Source: Candidatus Latescibacterota bacterium
GTDB taxonomy: Bacteria; Latescibacterota; UBA2968; GCA-2709665
Length of the DNA: 64,000 bases
Reading direction: 5' to 3'
NCBI GenBank assembly: GCA_965219455.1
Contig: OZ244744.1
Span: 2,208,001 to 2,272,000 of the forward strand
In this document: one piece after another, positions 1 to 9,297 of the stretch
How positions within the stretch are numbered: the first letter of the stretch is position 1
Layout of the letters: every line of letters starts with the position of its first letter
Program-made: the position numbers and the translations under genes
The notes under the pieces: model-generated
Databases searched by the model: none
What the model was told of the DNA's origin: nothing
Seen by the model: the letters and a program-made list of their open reading frames with translations, nothing else

Positions 1-793
1 GCGAACAGATCCAAACGCGAGCGCCGCATGCTTCCATCGCTTCTATTTTTTTTTTCGAGACCCCTCGAGCCGCGGCAAGAATCAGCGGCGCCCCATCAAA
101 TACCTTTGCCTTTCTTGAAATCTCAAGGCGACTGTCCAGCACGATTTTTACCGGATCAACACCGTCCAGATGCCGAACCGACAGCGCCGGATCGTCCGCG
201 TCGACCGTCCCCCGCCCAACCATAACCGCCGTTGCTTCAGCGCGCAGCCCGTGCGCCCGTGTTCGGGACACATCCGAGGAGATCCACTTAGATTCGCCCG
301 AAGCGGTCGCGATCCGGCCGTCCAGTGTCTGCGCCAGCTTCAGGGTGACAAACGGAAAACCCGTCGTCCGGTGTTTGACGAACACCTCGTTCTGTCGCCG
401 CGCCTCTCCCTCGAGCACGCCAACGTCCACCCGTATGGCCGCCTCGCGCAACCGGCCGATACCCCTGCCCGAAACCCGTCTATCCGGATCTACCATTCCG
501 CACACGACCCGCGCAACCCCTTTTCTAATCAATAAATCGACACACGGCGGCGTACGGCCGGTATGAGCGCACGGTTCAAGCGTCACATAAAGCGTGAGGT
601 CTGGCGTTCCGTCGGCCACGCCTTCAAGCGCATAAACCTCTGCGTGCGGTTTTCCGGATTCAGGATAATACCCATGTCCCAAAATTTGCCCATTCCGAAC
701 CGCCACCGCGCCCACCAGCGCTCCGTCCCGTACCCGGCCGCGTCCTTTTTCAGCCAACGACAACGCCAGCCGCATATAATCCACATCCGTCAT
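1..793 (-). CDS. ribD: Riboflavin biosynthesis deaminase/reductase RibD (3' end runs off the window)
   Basis: Not in the ORF track. Manual translation from ATG at 793 gives MTDVDYMRLALSLAEKGRG...PHAEVYAL...VTLEPCAHTGRTPPC (HAE and PCxxxxxxxxC zinc motifs), then PFVTLKLAQTLDGRIATASGESKWIS (reductase domain). Confidence 0.93.
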   Translation of the reverse strand, partial: MTDVDYMRLALSLAEKGRGRVRDGALVGAVAVRNGQILGHGYYPESGKPHAEVYALEGVADGTPDLTLYVTLEPCAHTGRTPPCVDLLIRKGVARVVCGMVDPDRRVSGRGIGRLREAAIRVDVGVLEGEARRQNEVFVKHRTTGFPFVTLKLAQTLDGRIATASGESKWISSDVSRTRAHGLRAEATAVMVGRGTVDADDPALSVRHLDGVDPVKIVLDSRLEISRKAKVFDGAPLILAAARGVSKKKIEAMEACGARVWICS

Positions 794-842
794 AAACCAC
801 CCCGTGTCGCCTGGACCGGGAATCCCGTAAGGTGGACGGGCT

Positions 843-2924
843 CTACTTCACATCCACCGTCGCCTTGCCAACCCCCACGTTTCCCAGCGCATCGGTCGCA
901 CGGACCACCACCGTATATTCTCCCGCCGTCAGCTCTTGAATTTCAAAACGCAAGGTTTCGGTTCTAGAGTCGAAAATCCGATCTACGGGAAAAATCACCT
1001 TCCAGTCTCCCGAATTCACCGCATAGGCCGCCTTCCAGAGTGGGCTCGCCGCGTCGTTCAGCGATCCCTCGACGAGTACGGGTCCGCCCGCAGCCAGCCT
1101 TATCTGCAGCCGCACGGAGGGCGGTGTATGGTCAAGATCGAACGGCTTGCTTTCCTTCTCGCCAACCAGCGCCAGTTCTTCCGGATTGTTCAACCGGTCA
1201 GACGCCACCACCCGGACCAGCATCGTACCTTCGGGCGCAGACTCGGTATTCCACTCGTAGAAATTGGCAAGCAAGTCCTCTTTCAGGAGTTTCCACCTTT
1301 TCTCGGAGCGACCCCGATAGTACAACGCATACACCAGTCGGTCGTTATTTGCGTCTGCGGCTTTCCAGGAGATCCGCCAGACGCCTCTTGCGTTACCGGG
1401 CGCCTGCCGGCCCTTTCCGGTGTCCTGCGGCGCGGCGCCGTTACCCTGGGACTCAAGGGGCGAGACGACGAGTGCAAGCACCTGCGGGCCCATGTTTTCC
1501 TGGAGGCCCACAAGACTCACCTCTCGAATCATCGGTGTCGCCGCGCCCGTTACCGAACTCAGCTCGGCCCGATACTGCAGGAAACGGGCGGGCGGACTGG
1601 ATATCTGACCACCCTGGGCGACTGAAGACCATTCACTCCAGGTATTGTCCGGTTTTTCGCTGTTTCCCGACCGCGTCCGGAATTGAATCGACGCATCCTG
1701 GGCGGGTTCTGAATCCCATCTGATCTTGCCCCATCTGGAAACCAGAAAGAAATCTCTCGCCCTGGATTCCAACCTGCCTTCGCGCGTGTATGCCTTACCC
1801 AACCGGTACACTTTCCCAGCACCCGTGGTCCCCACCCAGAACTCGCCTGTTGCGGACCTGCAGAATGCCCATGGTTGTACGTCTTTCAGACGGGTCAGCA
1901 GGGTGGCCTGACCGGCCAGGTCCACGCGATAGATACTCCCCCTGTCTCCCGTCAGCGCGGTAATTTCCCGGTCGTCTGCCTCCAATGCCAGGAGCAACGG
2001 TTCATCCACCTCCCAGAGACGAACCGTCGCACCCGAAGGCCGTATGGCGTACAACACGGAACCCTGTTGCGCGGAAGAGGATCCCTGACCCTTGGCGGCT
2101 GGCTGGGATCCGCCCTTTCCGCTCCCCTTGGAACGCCTGGACATCGCACCCGCAAACAGGATTCCGTCTGTTCCCATCGCCAACGCATGAATTTCATCCT
2201 CCGCCGCATCGTACAACACTTCCACTCGTCCCTTCGTATTGACCCGATAGACCAGACCGCTCTGATCCGTACCCGCATACACCTGGCCGTCGGCGTCCCG
2301 AATCAGCGAAACCACATTGTGGTCTTCGCTCTGATAAACCTCGTCGACTTTTCCGGCCGAGGAAATTCGCAGGATGCGTCCGTGTCTGCCGCCGGTTGCC
2401 GCGTACAGGCCTCCCTGTCCATCCACCACCAACGCCCAGACGTGTTCGTCTCCCGTTCGACAAAACATTTCAGGCTCTCTGCCCGGAGCAACCCTGTATA
2501 CAATCCCGTCCGGGGAGGAGCCCGCATAGAGTATCCCGTCCGGTCCGACGGCAAGACTGAATATGGCCACTTCGGGAGAATCAAAGAGAAGCACCGGCTC
2601 GCCAGAGCCATCAAACGCAAAGATCTTTCCGCCATTGCCCGTCGCAATATACAGACGGCCACCCTGCCCCTCCGCGAGTGCCCACACGAATTCTTCGCCC
2701 GTATCCGCCGCGACTTGAAGCTCCGGCGCGAGCGACACCGTGCCCTCTCTGGTTATCGAGACGCCGTCGGCTTCGCCCCTGGCAAACGCTTCCTGCGAGT
2801 GGTCGCGCCAAACGATCGGTTCGACGCCGTCTGCTGAACCCGGCAGGCAGTTCAGAACGAACCACAGGCCCATAAACAATACACGATTCTTCACATGTCC
2901 GTTTTCTCGATCCAACGGCCTCAT
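843..2924 (-). CDS. Secreted beta-propeller repeat protein with C-terminal FN3/Ig-like domains
   Basis: Signal-peptide-like N-terminus, repeated (V/I)WAL..D..G.LYA.T/G blades, and a C-terminal W.A.D.N.D.L.Y..Y and VRATDALGN segment. True start may be slightly downstream. Confidence 0.7.
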   Translation of the reverse strand: MRPLDRENGHVKNRVLFMGLWFVLNCLPGSADGVEPIVWRDHSQEAFARGEADGVSITREGTVSLAPELQVAADTGEEFVWALAEGQGGRLYIATGNGGKIFAFDGSGEPVLLFDSPEVAIFSLAVGPDGILYAGSSPDGIVYRVAPGREPEMFCRTGDEHVWALVVDGQGGLYAATGGRHGRILRISSAGKVDEVYQSEDHNVVSLIRDADGQVYAGTDQSGLVYRVNTKGRVEVLYDAAEDEIHALAMGTDGILFAGAMSRRSKGSGKGGSQPAAKGQGSSSAQQGSVLYAIRPSGATVRLWEVDEPLLLALEADDREITALTGDRGSIYRVDLAGQATLLTRLKDVQPWAFCRSATGEFWVGTTGAGKVYRLGKAYTREGRLESRARDFFLVSRWGKIRWDSEPAQDASIQFRTRSGNSEKPDNTWSEWSSVAQGGQISSPPARFLQYRAELSSVTGAATPMIREVSLVGLQENMGPQVLALVVSPLESQGNGAAPQDTGKGRQAPGNARGVWRISWKAADANNDRLVYALYYRGRSEKRWKLLKEDLLANFYEWNTESAPEGTMLVRVVASDRLNNPEELALVGEKESKPFDLDHTPPSVRLQIRLAAGGPVLVEGSLNDAASPLWKAAYAVNSGDWKVIFPVDRIFDSRTETLRFEIQELTAGEYTVVVRATDALGNVGVGKATVDVK

Positions 2925-3063
2925 CTCCTATCCTTCGCAATCGGTCTCCGCTGCAAGTTGCCCCCACCAAGTCCCGTGCGGTCCATCCGTTGCGGGCGCG
3001 CCCTTCGTCTTCGCGAAGACTTCGTGTCGGATGGACGCCTGGCGATGGCGTCCCCGGGACTGC

Positions 3064-4872
3064 CTACTTCCCTTTAGCGCCAGCGCTTCCACCCTCGGCA
3101 AATGTGACGCCGTTCGGTTTCCTGTTCACATTCAGTACAACAACCTGACTTCCCGAAAGCACATAGTCCGTGGGAATTCGTGCCCTTTGGACAACTGTCT
3201 GCCGAACCTGCTTTACCACATCCGACGAACGGGAAAACCGGAGCACCGAAAGTACCGACGGCGGCAGCCTTGACACCTCCCGTCCCTCAATCGTCACACC
3301 CTGGGCGCCGGACAGCAACTCAACAACCATTTCGTTGTTGCGGCCCGCCCGCCCCAGCAGGCGGATGAGATGATCCAGGTCTCTGGCGTTATATTCACCC
3401 GGCGCCCGCTTGGCCTCCTGTTTCTCGTGGGCGGATGCGTTGGAAACCTTGAGAATCAGCCGGCCGCCTGGCGTCTGATTCGGAATGACCAGCGCCTCCT
3501 GCACTTGCTGCAGTCCGCCCCAATAGGGTCTTAAAGAAACCGTGACGTGCACCGTATCGCCAGGCTGGAACGATGTCTTCTGCAGACCGATTGACTTGAT
3601 GTGAGCGGTGTGCGCCCGCTCTGCTTCAACATCCAGGTCGAAGGTCACCCGTTCGATCTGTACCGGCTCAAATGGATTCCGGATCAGCTTCGCAAGCGGC
3701 GCGGTGACCCCCAGCACGGCATGACCCAGCCCCAACGGGCCGGCATAGACGTTTTCGGCCTCAACGGATGGACGTCCTTTCAGGTCAATTCGCACACGGG
3801 ACTTCACCGTTACCTCTCCCGTCAGCTTCTCGGACGAAATCATCGCGCTGAATACCGCCATATTCAACAACGTGGGGCTGAGATCACGGTTTCGCAGGAC
3901 CTCCATCCGGAACTGGGCACGCTTGCCCGGGGAACGCAAATTGATCTGTGCCGGCATCATGTCCACGTCCAGGCCGATGGTACCCGCAATGCCGGGTGCG
4001 CGGTCCTGAACGATGGCACCCATGGTTTTCCCGGCCACACCCAGTTTGAAGGACGCAAATTGACTGGGCAACACTTCGTGAATATAGGCTGCCGTCATCG
4101 GCAACGCCGTGGCGCCGCCGAAAATCATGGAATGCCCGAAACCGACCACCCGGTCTCCGTCGCGATGGGTCAGCGTTCCGATTCCCGTAACGCTGAAATC
4201 GCCGCGTACCAGTTGCACGCCAAGGGCGGCGCCCGGTTCGAACGCACCGGCAGGCAGACCTGGATCCATTCCACCCCCGCCCTGAACCGGCGTCCAGCCC
4301 ATCTTCGAAAATTCCCGTCGGAATTCAGCCACCGCCTGCCGTGCGAAACCGGAGACCACGATCGGCAGGCTGATCGGCGTCAACTCAGCCGCATCCATCC
4401 CCGTCAGATCGACCAGGCGGCGCACGCTGGATTCCGTCGTCAATCGGGCCGCGGAGCTGACGCCCTGAGACGCGGTTGGTCGGTTGAACAGATCAACCAT
4501 TGCCGCTATCGGAGTAATCCCGGCGATGGGTTCTTTGGCGAAAGCGCCAACTCGATACGATACCGCTCCGACCAGCTTTCCATCGACATAAACCGGACTG
4601 CCGCTCATCCCCAGGATAACCCCGGTATTCGACAGGGGGCCGCCGGACAGCCGGGCGAGAATAAGGTCGCTACGTGGACCGATCGCGTTGCGTAGTACAC
4701 CCAGGATTTCGACCTGAAAGGTATCGATGCGCATGCCCTGGAAGACCGTCCGTCCGATACCCCGCATACCTCTCCGGAGTTCTTCCACGGGCATAGTCGC
4801 CACAGTCCCCCAGGAATTGCCGACCAATGCGCCCCATAGTAAAGCGGGGAGCGTTATTTTCAGCAGGCTCAT
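3064..4872 (-). CDS. SpoIVB peptidase S55 domain protein, secreted
   Basis: GVILGMSGSPVYVDGKLVGAVS catalytic-Ser motif, GxGxTV.G....F.VEILGV N-terminal signature and FGH motif. Start set at MSLLKITLP, downstream of the promoter at 4916-4944. Confidence 0.85.
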   Translation of the reverse strand: MSLLKITLPALLWGALVGNSWGTVATMPVEELRRGMRGIGRTVFQGMRIDTFQVEILGVLRNAIGPRSDLILARLSGGPLSNTGVILGMSGSPVYVDGKLVGAVSYRVGAFAKEPIAGITPIAAMVDLFNRPTASQGVSSAARLTTESSVRRLVDLTGMDAAELTPISLPIVVSGFARQAVAEFRREFSKMGWTPVQGGGGMDPGLPAGAFEPGAALGVQLVRGDFSVTGIGTLTHRDGDRVVGFGHSMIFGGATALPMTAAYIHEVLPSQFASFKLGVAGKTMGAIVQDRAPGIAGTIGLDVDMMPAQINLRSPGKRAQFRMEVLRNRDLSPTLLNMAVFSAMISSEKLTGEVTVKSRVRIDLKGRPSVEAENVYAGPLGLGHAVLGVTAPLAKLIRNPFEPVQIERVTFDLDVEAERAHTAHIKSIGLQKTSFQPGDTVHVTVSLRPYWGGLQQVQEALVIPNQTPGGRLILKVSNASAHEKQEAKRAPGEYNARDLDHLIRLLGRAGRNNEMVVELLSGAQGVTIEGREVSRLPPSVLSVLRFSRSSDVVKQVRQTVVQRARIPTDYVLSGSQVVVLNVNRKPNGVTFAEGGSAGAKGK

Positions 4873-4915
4873 CACGACGCAGACCCTTTCACGTAAATCG
4901 GTACGGGAGCCACGG

Positions 4916-4944
4916 AATCTACGGTGTGCCATAAGAAAAGTCAA
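4916..4944 (-). promoter_or_regulatory. Sigma70-type promoter for the S55 / propeller / ribD genes
   Basis: TTGACT-17 nt-TAGATT on the minus strand. Confidence 0.6.
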
Positions 4945-4961
4945 GCATTGTGACGTTCTAA

Positions 4962-5111
4962 TGTTCTGTCCCGGAAATAGATTGCCGAAACTCGGCCGAC
5001 GAGTCGCCCGGCTCGCAAGGCACCTGAGCGAGGCGACCTGCGCAAGGTCGGAAACGCAGCGAGACGGGATGAATCGTCGGAAGAATGGTGTTATCTTTCT
5101 GGGACAGAACA
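4962..5111 (+). mobile_element. MITE-like family A, full copy (150 bp)
   Basis: Terminal inverted repeats TGTTCTGTCCC / GGGACAGAACA with flanks CTAA / CTGA; homologous to copies at 47945 and 62611. Confidence 0.75.
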
Positions 5112-5226
5112 CTGAGTTCTTGCAGAACAATATCGGAACGTTTTCAATTACGCGTATAAATTACCCGTTTTTGGAGTGTGGAACAAGCCCCTTGTGCAAA
5201 CTCGATCTTATCGTTATCATAATCCC

Positions 5227-5698
5227 ATGCAAATCATGTTGCTGGCCGTTGGCAAATGCCGCAAACCGTACCTCAGAGAAGGTGTGTCGGACTATATCGA
5301 TCGCATCCGGAAGATACACCAGCCTGGAGCATATCGAACTGAGAGAGGAACGCACCCCGAGAACGGGCACCGCGCCGGGTGGCCTCTGCAAAGAACGCGA
5401 ACGCATCCTCCGAAGCCTGCCGGAGAAGGCTTATGTTGTCGCCCTGGATCCGGCCGGAGATACCTGCAGTTCCGACGCCCTCGCCCGGCGTATCCTGAGA
5501 ATCGGTATCGAAGGGTTAAGCCGAATCGCGTTTGTAATTGGCGGCCCCTCCGGCCTTTCCTCCCGGGTTATCCGGCGTCCCGACTGGCGCCTGTCGCTGT
5601 CTTCCTTCACGTTTCCGCACGAAATCGCCCGTCTGCTTCTCCTTGAACAGATCTACAGGGCATTTACCATTATGCGCGGCGAACCGTATCACAGGTAG
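5227..5698 (+). pseudogene. rlmH: 23S rRNA pseudouridine1915 N3-methyltransferase RlmH, frameshifted near 5311
   Basis: N-terminus MQIMLLAVGK...DYIDRI is in one frame and RYTSLEHIEL...FVIGGPSG...SLSSFTFPHEIARLLLLEQIYRAFTIMRGEPYHR is in another; one extra base in ATCCGGAAGATAC. May be a sequencing error. Confidence 0.8.
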
Positions 5699-5764
5699 TC
5701 GCCACCACAGACAGACCCGTAACGACTGTGAAGAATTCAGGCCGAACTTTTTCGGCAGTCTGCA

Positions 5765-6010
5765 GAAACAAAAAGCCCGGAAAACAGGTTCATCCGACAG
5801 CCGTGGAGAGATGATTCCGCCACTGGAATCCGGCTGCCGCGAACGCCTCCTGTTTCCGGGCTTTTTAAACACAGACCGAAATGCCTGGATATGCAGTTTC
5901 GGGGGAATGGAAGAGATCCGGATCCGACAACCGCTGACAACGGCCGAAGGGGGATCGGCCCGAGGGGCGCCGGAAGAGGGGTTGCCTCAATCGCATACTT
6001 TTTGAGAGCA
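5765..6010 (-). ncRNA. Candidate structured small RNA (~240 nt)
   Basis: Downstream of an orphan promoter; ends in a long hairpin (5770-5788 with 5849-5866) followed by a T run; C/U-rich segments. Confidence 0.35.
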
Positions 6011-6015
6011 ATTGA

Positions 6016-6044
6016 AAGATAAGCCATTGTTTTTTTTTAGTCAA
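6016..6044 (-). promoter_or_regulatory. Sigma70-type promoter with no convincing CDS downstream
   Basis: TTGACT (6044-6039)-17 nt-TATCTT (6021-6016), with an AT-rich upstream region. Confidence 0.55.
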
Positions 6045-6412
6045 GGGTAAGTTTGTCCTAATATACTGTTTTACATTATCTTGTGGTCTCCCAGTCGAGA
6101 TATACCTTATATAGATTTTGACGCGGCGAACCATCGCAAAACGCGTTTCACGTCGCTGGCCGCGAAGGGATTCCCGGAATCGCATGACGACTTCGCCCTT
6201 TCCCCCCACACCTTATTCTCGCACGATTTCGAAAGAACGTCCCTGTTCCATATCGCCACGTTGAGCGAGGAGGGTGGACCTCCCGACCTCAGCCGTCGAT
6301 AGATACTTCTGGACAGGTTCCCTATTCAGCGCTATCTTCGATACCCGGCGATAAGGAATCGTGTCCGTACAATTCGAGCTCACACGCTTTCCTCTTTCAT
6401 CGCAATTTACCC

Positions 6413-7765
6413 ATGCCACATACCCTTACCATAACCCAGGCCGCGGCGGAAATTCGGGCGGGCCGTCTTTCTCCCGTGGAACTTCTACACGCATGTTTTT
6501 CGCAGATCGACGCCCTCGACAGCCGCCTGCACGCCTGGGTCAACGTGGACCGGGAAGGGTCCGAGCTTTGCGCACGGCGTCTTCAGGAGGAACTCGCCCA
6601 GGGCCGCTACCGTGGTCCCCTGCACGGAATCCCGGTGGGTATCAAGGACATCATCAACACAAAAGGCTTGCCTACCACCGCTGGAGCAAGACATCTTTAC
6701 AACCTGGTATCGAAAGAAGATGCAACGGTGGTTGCCCGCTTGCGCCGCTCCGGGGCGGTCATCCCCGGCAAAACGGTTACCACGCCGTTTGCATGTTTCG
6801 ATCCGGCCGAAACCAGGAACCCCTGGAACCCTGATCATTCGCCCGGCGGCTCCAGCAGCGGTTCCGCAGCCGCCGTCGCGGCGCGAATGTGTCCCGCCGC
6901 CCTGGGTTCCCAGACCGGCGGCTCCATCAGTCGTCCCGCCGCGTATTGCGGCCTCGTGGGTCTCAAACCCACCTTTGGCCGGATCAGCCTGTATGGGATC
7001 CTGCCCGTCAGCTACGAACTGGACCATCCGGGTCCGATCACACGTTCAGTCTCCGATGCAGCCGTAATCCTCCAGAGCCTGGCCGGCAAAGATCCGCTGG
7101 ATCCGCTCAGCGCCGACGTTCCTGTTGGAAGTTTCCGCATCAACCCGTTGACGCGTCCTCCCCGCATAGGCATCATCCGTACATACTTCCCTGAAAACGC
7201 CGACGAAACCATGCGTGCGGCGACCAACGAAGCCACAAAACGCCTCGACGCCGCCGGCGCCGAATTCAACGACGTGCACATGCCAGCATCCTTTGCGGAA
7301 CTGCACGAGAATCACGCCCTCCTGCTCGCCGTTGGCGCGGCAAGCGTCCACCGGGAACGATATGACGCGCACCGCGACCGCTTTCCGCCCGGCCTCCGCG
7401 AAATCATCGAACGGGGTCGCGCCGCCAGCGCCGTCGACTACGCCGAGGCACGGCGCCACCAGATAGCATTCAAATCGGAGGTTCTCGCTGCTTTCGAAGG
7501 CGTGGACCTGCTCCTCACCCCCGCAACGCCCACACCGGCGCCGTCAGGCCTGACATCCACCGGCAACCCTGCCTTCAACAGCCCCTGGAGCTACGCCGGT
7601 CTCCCCACGACCGTCCTGCCGGCTACCTGTACCCCCGACGGGCTGCCCGCCGGCATCCAGCTGGTTGCCCGACCCTTTGCCGAATCCTGCCTGCTCTCTA
7701 TTTGCGCCTGGTGCGAAACCCACCTTGAGTGGACCCTTACCCCATCGAATCTATCTGGCAATTAG
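6413..7765 (+). CDS. Amidase signature family protein
   Basis: GPLHGIPVGIKD, PGGSSSGSAAAVA and GSQTGGSISRPAAYCG motifs. Confidence 0.92.
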   Translation: MPHTLTITQAAAEIRAGRLSPVELLHACFSQIDALDSRLHAWVNVDREGSELCARRLQEELAQGRYRGPLHGIPVGIKDIINTKGLPTTAGARHLYNLVSKEDATVVARLRRSGAVIPGKTVTTPFACFDPAETRNPWNPDHSPGGSSSGSAAAVAARMCPAALGSQTGGSISRPAAYCGLVGLKPTFGRISLYGILPVSYELDHPGPITRSVSDAAVILQSLAGKDPLDPLSADVPVGSFRINPLTRPPRIGIIRTYFPENADETMRAATNEATKRLDAAGAEFNDVHMPASFAELHENHALLLAVGAASVHRERYDAHRDRFPPGLREIIERGRAASAVDYAEARRHQIAFKSEVLAAFEGVDLLLTPATPTPAPSGLTSTGNPAFNSPWSYAGLPTTVLPATCTPDGLPAGIQLVARPFAESCLLSICAWCETHLEWTLTPSNLSGN

Positions 7766-7769
7766 AGTT

Positions 7770-8987
7770 ATGTGTCCGCGTCGGGCCCTCAAGCATCTCG
7801 TATGGTTGACGTTCGTTGTACATATTTCCGGCATCGCCCATGCTGCCCGCGTGCATGCCCCCAGGCAGCATGCCGTTCGCTTGGGGATTGACCATATGCT
7901 CAACGAGCGTTTCGACCTCTCCCACGCCATATTCGATTCCCTTGTCGCGGTCGAACCCGACCGCCCCGAAGGGTACCTGGGTAAAGCCCTTGCGTACTGG
8001 AACGAAAGCATGCTTCTGGCAGACGGCGAACGGTTTGTCGACCGCGTTGACCACCTGACCGGACGCGCCATCAAGTTTGCCGAGCGGGCCCTCAAAACCG
8101 ACAATGACAACGCGGAGATGGTATTCCTTCTCGGAAAAGCCTATGGCCTGCGCGCGGGCCTGGCGCTCATCCACGGCAGCCCCATAGACGGCGTGCTCCA
8201 CGGCCTGAAGTGCCGCGACTACCTCAAGGAGACCATCCGCCTGGATCCGAACCTAGTGGACGCCTATTTCGGACTGGGTCTTGCAGACTATGTCGCCGCG
8301 CGGCAGCCGCGTTTCCTCCGGATGGTGAGCCGACTCCTATCGCTTCCCGACGGGAACCGGAAACGCGGCCTCGAACGACTGCAGCGGGTTGCCCGGGAAG
8401 GCATCTACACCCAGCGGCATGCCGTCTCCAGCCGTGCCTTCATCGCCCTATATTACGAGAAAGATTACGAAGACGCCCGCCTTCGTTTCACGGACCTGCA
8501 CCGGCGCTACCCCCACAGCCTGGATTACCGTATCCGTTATCTGGACGCTCTCTTCGGACTCACCATCCAGGGCAGGCAGGATTACCGCCAGGCTCTGATC
8601 GACTCCGTGCGATCGATCCGGCGCCTGGCAAAAAAGCGCAACTGTGACCTGAATCGCTGGTCCCGTACCAAACTGGATTTTATTGAAGGTTTTGGCCACT
8701 ACCTCTCCGGCAACGAGGAGGCAACAAGAAGACATCTGGAAATCTACATACGGGAAGCCTCAAAAAAGAGCTGGCTGCTCGGCCCCGCACATCTCATTCT
8801 GGGCAAACTGGCCGACCTGCGAAACGACCGGGAAATCGCAATCCGCCATTACCGCCGCGCACGAAAACATGAAGACGTATGGGGCGTCCACAACGAAGCC
8901 GACACCTATCTTCGGCACCGGTTTACCGGGGATGAGCCCGGCAGGCGCCCTCCGGACACGGTCCGGCGCTATCCGGAGAAACCTTGA
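7770..8987 (+). CDS. Exported tetratricopeptide repeat protein
   Basis: Signal peptide ending AHA; TPR-like helices such as TIRLDPNLVDAYFGLG. Confidence 0.7.
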   Translation: MCPRRALKHLVWLTFVVHISGIAHAARVHAPRQHAVRLGIDHMLNERFDLSHAIFDSLVAVEPDRPEGYLGKALAYWNESMLLADGERFVDRVDHLTGRAIKFAERALKTDNDNAEMVFLLGKAYGLRAGLALIHGSPIDGVLHGLKCRDYLKETIRLDPNLVDAYFGLGLADYVAARQPRFLRMVSRLLSLPDGNRKRGLERLQRVAREGIYTQRHAVSSRAFIALYYEKDYEDARLRFTDLHRRYPHSLDYRIRYLDALFGLTIQGRQDYRQALIDSVRSIRRLAKKRNCDLNRWSRTKLDFIEGFGHYLSGNEEATRRHLEIYIREASKKSWLLGPAHLILGKLADLRNDREIAIRHYRRARKHEDVWGVHNEADTYLRHRFTGDEPGRRPPDTVRRYPEKP

Positions 8988-9297
8988 AGCTTGCTCAACC
9001 CGGAAAACTCCGGCAGCGTCCCATGAGGCGCGATACCTCACTGGCCAATGGCACACGCCAGCAGCGCCGTTCCCGTTCTCGCGGGAGGAGTCCCCTGCAA
9101 TTTCCAGGGGATCGATTAATTCTTGCAGGATGGCCTTGACGACCCCGCACAAATAGGCTTAATTTATCTAATGAATCAATGTGATATTCCTCATACGGGA
9201 CGGTCCGCGGAAGAACGGCCGATCGCAGAAACCGAAGAAAATCCCCGCCGTACTCCGTACAGGAACACGCCGGGATCTATTCTCTTAGGGAATCGGT

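Noticed and set aside
3601-4695. Long antisense or shadow ORFs (also 14977-16218, 20578-21597, 23394-24800, 34088-35251, 39871-41055, 62800-63795)
   Set aside because: They overlap well-supported genes on the opposite strand and are expected in high-GC DNA.
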